DNA of 64,000 bases from Kofleriaceae bacterium (GTDB taxonomy: Bacteria; Myxococcota_A; Polyangia; Haliangiales; Haliangiaceae): the NCBI GenBank assembly GCA_965215005.1, contig CBDCCZ010000049.1, positions 128,001 through 192,000 of the forward strand, given 5' to 3'. Positions 59,901-64,000 of the stretch are shown here, piece by piece. The position numbers were made by a program, and so were the translations under genes. The notes below the pieces were generated by a model. That model was not told the DNA's origin. It searched no databases and saw nothing but the letters and a program-made list of their open reading frames with translations. How positions within the stretch are numbered: the first letter of the stretch is position 1; the number at the start of each line of letters is the position of its first letter.

Positions 59901-60083
59901 GCAGTTGCCACCAGCGCGGGCGCCGAGGTGCAACGGCCGCTCGCCACGGTGGTCATCGGCGGGCTGATCTCGGCCACGCTGCTAACCCTGTTCGTGCTGC
60001 CAACCATCTATGCCTGGCTCGGCGGCAGCCCCGCTCACACCGCAGACGAGGCCTTAGCGCCTACCACGGAGGAGAGGCCATGA
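56928..60083 (+). CDS. czcA: Heavy-metal efflux RND transporter, CzcA-like
   Basis: LPIDAVPDVTNVQV, GNLMSLGALDFGLIVDGSVVMVE, TDPMG, RLRPVLMTA, GAEVQRPLATVVIGG. Confidence 0.93.
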   Translation: MTMIDRIIEFSLRNRFLVIFVVLLVAAIGVRALQTLPIDAVPDVTNVQVQVLTNAPSLGPLEVEQFITFPVETVMSGLPRLQEVRSISRFGLSAVTIVFDEGTDIYFARQLVQERLSEARDAIPAGYGSPEMGPISSGLGEIYQFEVRGEPMCAEQVDTEDCYTPMELRTILDWYIAYQLRSIDGVVEVNSFGGELKTYEVRVQPERLIGLDLGLDAIYEALERNNANAGGGYLVHAGEQRLIRAEGLISSLDDIRDIVITTRSDGTPLRIREVADVVIAPMIRQGAVTRDGRGEVVTGIVMMLMGANSGAVAEEVHERIAALRDTLPEGVTIDTYYDRAELVDRTIATVAKNLIEGGVLVVVVLLLLLGNLRGGLLVASAIPLSMLAAFIAMKQFEVSGNLMSLGALDFGLIVDGSVVMVEHIVLVLAQRREPLDVRHGVLSAAKDVARPVTFAVGIIMLVYVPILSLQGIEGKMFRPMALTVLFALAASLVLALTFMPAMATLLFRRGVSEKKTWLIRTLEPRYQRALRWLLSRRAIPLFVTVLLMAGAASIVPFLGAEFIPRLDEGAIAMQAIRLPSVSLEESVKATTRIETALREHFPDEVDTIVSRTGRPEIATDPMGVEMSDIYVMLEPPKQWTRASSKQELVDAMSEVLSGELPGQNFMFSQPIELRTNELISGSRADVAIKLYGDDLEVLGRVADDIARVVSGVPGAGDVSTEQIAGLPALRVRIDRGAIARYGIDAAQVLDAVSALAGHPVGEVFEGQRRFSLQVRLPPSRRSDLQSIRNLPISAPNGKSIALGELASLEYDEGPAQISRENVQRRTTISVNVRGDDLAGVVAEAQRRVAAQVEMPPGYFLEWGGQFKNLAEASGRLALAVPAALVLIFLLLFMTYGSARPAAVIYLNVPFAAIGGILALAVRGMPFSISAGVGFIALFGIAVLNGVVMVSSIRGLQQRGRPPFEATLQGAVTRLRPVLMTALVASLGFVPMAVATSAGAEVQRPLATVVIGGLISATLLTLFVLPTIYAWLGGSPAHTADEALAPTTEERP

Positions 60084-60111
60084 ACCCGAGCGCCAACCTG
60101 AGGTGGGTGTC

Positions 60112-60909
60112 GTGAGCGGCGGACTCATTACCGTGCTGCTGCTGGCGCTGCTGCCAGGCCTTGGCAACGTTGCCGGGGGACTGCTCGCAGAGTTCACGAA
60201 AGCCTCGCCACGAGTACTCAACTGGGCGCTGCACGCCGCTTCGGGCATCGTCTTGGCGATCGTCTCGGTGGAGCTCCTGCCACGCGCGCTCGATGCACTC
60301 GCGGGCTGGTGGATCGCCGCAGCGTTTACCGCGGGTGGACTTGCCTACCTCGTCCTCGAGCTGGGCATCGACCGCATGCAAAGCGAACGCGGCAACGGAG
60401 AATCCTCTGCGGGCGGTAGCCGCATGTGGATGATCTACGCGGCGGTGGCTACCGACCTGGTGAGTGATGGCTTGATGATCGGAGCCGGTTCCGCGGTATC
60501 CGTGCAGCTCGCGCTGCTGCTCGCCGCCGGCCAAGTTCTTGCCGACGTTCCGGAAGGCTACGCCTCCATCGCCAACTTCCGCGACAAAGAGGTGCCGCGC
60601 CTTCGGCGCCTGCTCCTGTCGATGACCTTCGTGCTGTTTGCTGTCGGCGCCGCGTTGCTCTCATATCTGCTGCTCCGCCCGGCGCCGGAACCTATTAAGT
60701 TGGCCGCGCTGGTCTTCGTGGCTGGCCTTCTCACCGTGGCGGCCGTGGAAGACATGCTCGAAGAAGCCCATGAGGCGTGCGGCGATAACCGCGGCTCGGT
60801 GCTCGCCTTCGTGCTCGGGTTCGCGCTCTTCATCGTGGTGTCGACGGGCTTGGAAGCGCTCATCGGCGGCGAATCCAACCCCTCGCAAACCTCGGAGCAG
60901 GGGTCATAA
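60112..60909 (+). CDS. ZIP-family metal transporter
   Basis: About 8 TM; LHAASGIVL..VSVELLP, DLVSDGLMIG, DVPEG, MLEEAH; GAGG upstream of GTG 60112. Confidence 0.8.
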   Translation: MSGGLITVLLLALLPGLGNVAGGLLAEFTKASPRVLNWALHAASGIVLAIVSVELLPRALDALAGWWIAAAFTAGGLAYLVLELGIDRMQSERGNGESSAGGSRMWMIYAAVATDLVSDGLMIGAGSAVSVQLALLLAAGQVLADVPEGYASIANFRDKEVPRLRRLLLSMTFVLFAVGAALLSYLLLRPAPEPIKLAALVFVAGLLTVAAVEDMLEEAHEACGDNRGSVLAFVLGFALFIVVSTGLEALIGGESNPSQTSEQGS

Positions 60910-60921
60910 CGGCTCGATTGG

Positions 60922-61545
60922 CTATCCAGCGCGCGCGCTGGCAAGCTCGGCGCGCGCGTCTCGGCAGATGCCGATGGCGTCTTTGAGAAACAGCGCGGCG
61001 ATGAGCCCGCCGACGAGAACGTCGGGCCATGTCGAGCCCAGAATGGCGACAGCGCCGGCGGCGGCCAAAACGCCGGTGTTGGCGATGATGTCGTTGCGCG
61101 AGCACAGCCAGGTGGAGCGCATGTTGAGGTCATCGGAGCGGTGGCGATAGAGCAGCGCGACGCAGGTGAGGTTGGCAGCGAGCGCTAGCGCACCGATGAG
61201 ACCCATAGCGTCGGCGGCAGGGACGGTGCTGGTCGCCAGCGCCACGGCGGCCTGCACCGCGACGCCAACGCCAAGAGCTGCCATGACAAGCCCCTTGGCG
61301 AGCGCCGCCCGAGCTCGCCACACGGCGCCGCGATGGATGACATAAAGCGTGAGCGCGTAGACGGCGGCGTCGCCGAACATGTCCGCCGAGTCAGCCAACA
61401 GCGCGGTGGATCGCGCGAACACCCCTGCCGACGCCTCTATGAAGAACATCGCGGTGTTGATGGCAAGCAGCCACTTGAGCACCGTGGCTTGGCGCGACCG
61501 CAGAATCGCCAGAGTATCTGTTTTCGAGTCGCAACAGCCGCTCAC
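60922..61545 (-). CDS. CDF-family cation transporter, short form lacking the C-terminal domain
   Basis: N-terminal SGCC; ALLADSADMFGD, NMRSTWLCSRNDII, WPD. Confidence 0.85.
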   Translation of the reverse strand: MSGCCDSKTDTLAILRSRQATVLKWLLAINTAMFFIEASAGVFARSTALLADSADMFGDAAVYALTLYVIHRGAVWRARAALAKGLVMAALGVGVAVQAAVALATSTVPAADAMGLIGALALAANLTCVALLYRHRSDDLNMRSTWLCSRNDIIANTGVLAAAGAVAILGSTWPDVLVGGLIAALFLKDAIGICRDARAELASARAG

Positions 61546-61790
61546 GAGCCACCCTCGGCAAGACGCGCCCCTGCGTTGCAGCGGCGACAGCCAACGCATC
61601 GATCGCGTCGTAGGTTAGCCAAGCAGAGGCGAACGTTCATGCAACGAGTTTCGCAGATGATCCCGATCCATCCAACCAAGGTCGTTGTGTCCAAGCCCGT
61701 CGTTGCCCCACCGTTGCCTGCAGCGGGCATTACCGCGCAACGGCACCTCATTGAGCTCGGCGGCAGCGCGGCCAGCAAAATCAGGAGGAA

Positions 61791-62588
61791 ATGATGCAGT
61801 CGATCCCAAAACTGGGCATGGTAGTCGGTGGCCTTGCGGCCCTGCTGTGGCTCGAGCGGCGGCGACCGCTTCGGCGCCAGCACCACCCCGCAGGGCGGCG
61901 CCTCACCCGCAACCTCGCTGTGGCCGCCATCGGTGGCGCCACCGTGCAACTCCTGGAAGAGCCAGTGGTAGCACCGCTCGCGCGCCGGGTTGCAACGCAA
62001 CGTCTCGGGCTGCTGCCACCGCTGGGGCTACCCAAAGCCGTGGAGCGCGCCGCCGGCGTATTGCTCATGGACTACACGTTGTTCGTTTGGCACTACCTCA
62101 CCCACCGCGTGCCGCTGCTCTGGCGCTTGCATCTGCCACACCATACCGACCGCGACATGGACGCCTCCACTGCCGTTCGATTCCACGCGCTGGAGCTCTT
62201 GTTCTCGGTTCCTTGGCGCGCCATGCAGGTTCGAATCATCGGCGTTGTCCCTCAAACCCTGCGGCTTTGGCAGCGGCTCACCTTCACCTCGATTCTTTTC
62301 CACCATTCCAACGTCCGCTTGCCCGATTCGCTCGAGCGCGTTCTCAACCTCGTCATCGTCACGCCGCGCATGCATGGCCTTCATCATGCCGCCGATGCCG
62401 CCGAGCGGAGCTGCAACTGGTCGAGCGGCATCTGCGTGTGGGACCGCCTGCACGGCACCTATCGCTCCGGTCTCGCCGAGCCGCAGCCGACGATCGGCAT
62501 CGCCGGCTGCGATGAGGACGATGCCGTCACGCTCATAAAAACCTTGGCATTGCCGCTGCAACGGCAATCACGCGCTCGGCTCCCCTGA
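61791..62588 (+). CDS. Sterol desaturase / fatty acid hydroxylase family protein
   Basis: AGGAGG RBS; His boxes WHYLTH, LHLPHH, RFH, FHHSN, HGLHH, WDRLHGT. Confidence 0.9.
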   Translation: MMQSIPKLGMVVGGLAALLWLERRRPLRRQHHPAGRRLTRNLAVAAIGGATVQLLEEPVVAPLARRVATQRLGLLPPLGLPKAVERAAGVLLMDYTLFVWHYLTHRVPLLWRLHLPHHTDRDMDASTAVRFHALELLFSVPWRAMQVRIIGVVPQTLRLWQRLTFTSILFHHSNVRLPDSLERVLNLVIVTPRMHGLHHAADAAERSCNWSSGICVWDRLHGTYRSGLAEPQPTIGIAGCDEDDAVTLIKTLALPLQRQSRARLP

Positions 62589-64000
62589 CCGCTCCTGCCG
62601 ACGGACCTTGCGCCGGAGCACAGCGTATTTCCAGATGGCAAATATCGCCGGATAGACAGTGAGCTCCAGCAGAAACGACGTCGCCAGGCCGCCCACCATC
62701 GGAGCCGCGATGCGCTTCATCACGTCGGCTCCGGTCCCAGTGCTCCACAGCACCGGGATCAAGCCGATCGAGGTGGTAGCGACGGTCATGAGCTTGGGAC
62801 GAATGCGTTTAGCGGCTCCCTCGACGATGGCTTCCTCGAGCTCGGCGAACGAGCGCAGTCTGCCGGCGCGCTCGAAGCGGTCATGCGACAACGTCAGGTA
62901 GAGCAACATGACCACGCCAGTTTCGGCATCGAGCCCGGCGAGTGCGATGAGCCCCACCCACACCGCAATGCTCATGTTGTAGTCCAGAAGATATAGAAGC
63001 CATATGGCACCGATTAGCGAGAACGGCACCGCGAGCATTACAATGGCGGTCTCGATGACCGAGCGGGTATTCCAGTAAAGCAACAAGATCACCAGCGCCA
63101 ACGTGAGTGGAACCACGATAGAGAGCTTCTCCTGAGCGCGCTGGAGATACTTGAATTGGCCGGCCCAGCCGAGACGAATTCCGCTGGGCAGCTCCACCTG
63201 GTCGGCGACCACCCGCTTGGCGTCTTCCACATAGTCGGCGATAGGCCTGTCGGTGTCGACGAAGACGAAGCCAACCAGTTGCCCGTCTTCACTGCGGACC
63301 ATTGGCGGTCCCGTCTCGAACTCGATGGTTGCGACTTGCCCGATGGGAATCTGTGCGCCCGACGGCGTAGCGATCAAGATCTTGTCGAGCAGGCTCGGGT
63401 CATCGCGGAATTCGCGCGCGTATCGCACGTTGATCGGATAGCGTTCGCGCCCTTCGACGGTTTCCGAGATGTTCATACCGCCAATGGCACTCATAACGAC
63501 TTCGTTGACATCGTCGATGCGCAAGCCGTAGCGGGCCGCCTCGGCGCGATTAACCTCAAAGTCGACGTAAAAGCCGCCGGTGGAACGCTCGGCAAACGCG
63601 CTGCGGGTTCCGGGAATGGTCGAAACGGCTGTTTCGATGGCGACAGCGGTGCGCTCGATGGTCGCGAGATCATCACCAAAGACCTGAATACCCAGTGGAC
63701 TGCGAATCCCGGTGGCGAGCATCTCCGTGCGGGTTTGGATGGGCATCCACCAGATGTTTGGCATGCCGGGAAACTGCAGCGCCTCATCCATCTCAGCAAT
63801 CAAGTCGTTCCAGGTGAGCCCTTCACGCCACTGATCGCGCGGCTTTAGCACGATGGTCGTCTCTGCCATGCCGAGCGGCGCCGGATCGGTCGCGGTGCGC
63901 GCCCTGCCCATCTTGCCGAATACCGACTCGACCTCGGGGAACTCCATGAGCTTGGCATCCATGGCCTGCAGCACCTTGGAAGCCTCCGCGACGCTCATTC
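62568..64000 (-). CDS. cusA: 3' part of a CusA/SilA-like RND transporter, truncated by the window edge
   Basis: TATDPAPLGMAET, MPIQTRTEMLATG, GLIALAGLDAETGVVM, RIRPKLMT, GADVMKRIAAPMVGG. Confidence 0.9.
   Translation of the reverse strand, partial: MSVAEASKVLQAMDAKLMEFPEVESVFGKMGRARTATDPAPLGMAETTIVLKPRDQWREGLTWNDLIAEMDEALQFPGMPNIWWMPIQTRTEMLATGIRSPLGIQVFGDDLATIERTAVAIETAVSTIPGTRSAFAERSTGGFYVDFEVNRAEAARYGLRIDDVNEVVMSAIGGMNISETVEGRERYPINVRYAREFRDDPSLLDKILIATPSGAQIPIGQVATIEFETGPPMVRSEDGQLVGFVFVDTDRPIADYVEDAKRVVADQVELPSGIRLGWAGQFKYLQRAQEKLSIVVPLTLALVILLLYWNTRSVIETAIVMLAVPFSLIGAIWLLYLLDYNMSIAVWVGLIALAGLDAETGVVMLLYLTLSHDRFERAGRLRSFAELEEAIVEGAAKRIRPKLMTVATTSIGLIPVLWSTGTGADVMKRIAAPMVGGLATSFLLELTVYPAIFAIWKYAVLRRKVRRQERSGEPSA

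Overview
High-GC, gene-dense bacterial window. Gene content (three Hanks-type Ser/Thr kinases, a Myxococcus-type Cys-rich lipoprotein, DUF4388 response regulator, CxxxY CcmE, divergent EF-G paralogue) suggests Myxococcota, possibly Haliangium/Kofleriaceae-like; this is inference. Layout: (1) 1-15.5 kb: truncated M4/M36-type peptidase precursor, an unknown membrane protein, serA, glpX, thioesterase, hom, eno, two large kinases and an acyl-CoA dehydrogenase. (2) 15.5-25.1 kb: a third kinase and a minus-strand cytochrome c maturation (ccm) operon. This block carries at least 14 single-base insertions, probably assembly errors. (3) 25.3-35.7 kb: moaA, orphan adenine methylase, stand-alone EF-G, TPR and HEAT proteins, carB-greA. 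(4) 37.6-45.7 kb, the most interesting region: a 1735-aa DUF4157 (eCIS-core)-like protein with a C-terminal PD-(D/E)xK-like tip and an ATGA-coupled putative immunity gene. Downstream lies a start-less duplicate cassette with a ~97% identical ~600 bp anchor and a ~80% identical tip and immunity gene, the layout of a polymorphic toxin with a reserve allele. (5) 45.8-53.8 kb: lipoproteins and envelope genes. (6) 53.9-64 kb: heavy-metal cluster (CzcI-like, CzcCBA, ZIP, CDF, desaturase, truncated CusA). No rRNA, tRNA, CRISPR array, transposase or integrase was recognised. All identities and counts are by-eye estimates.
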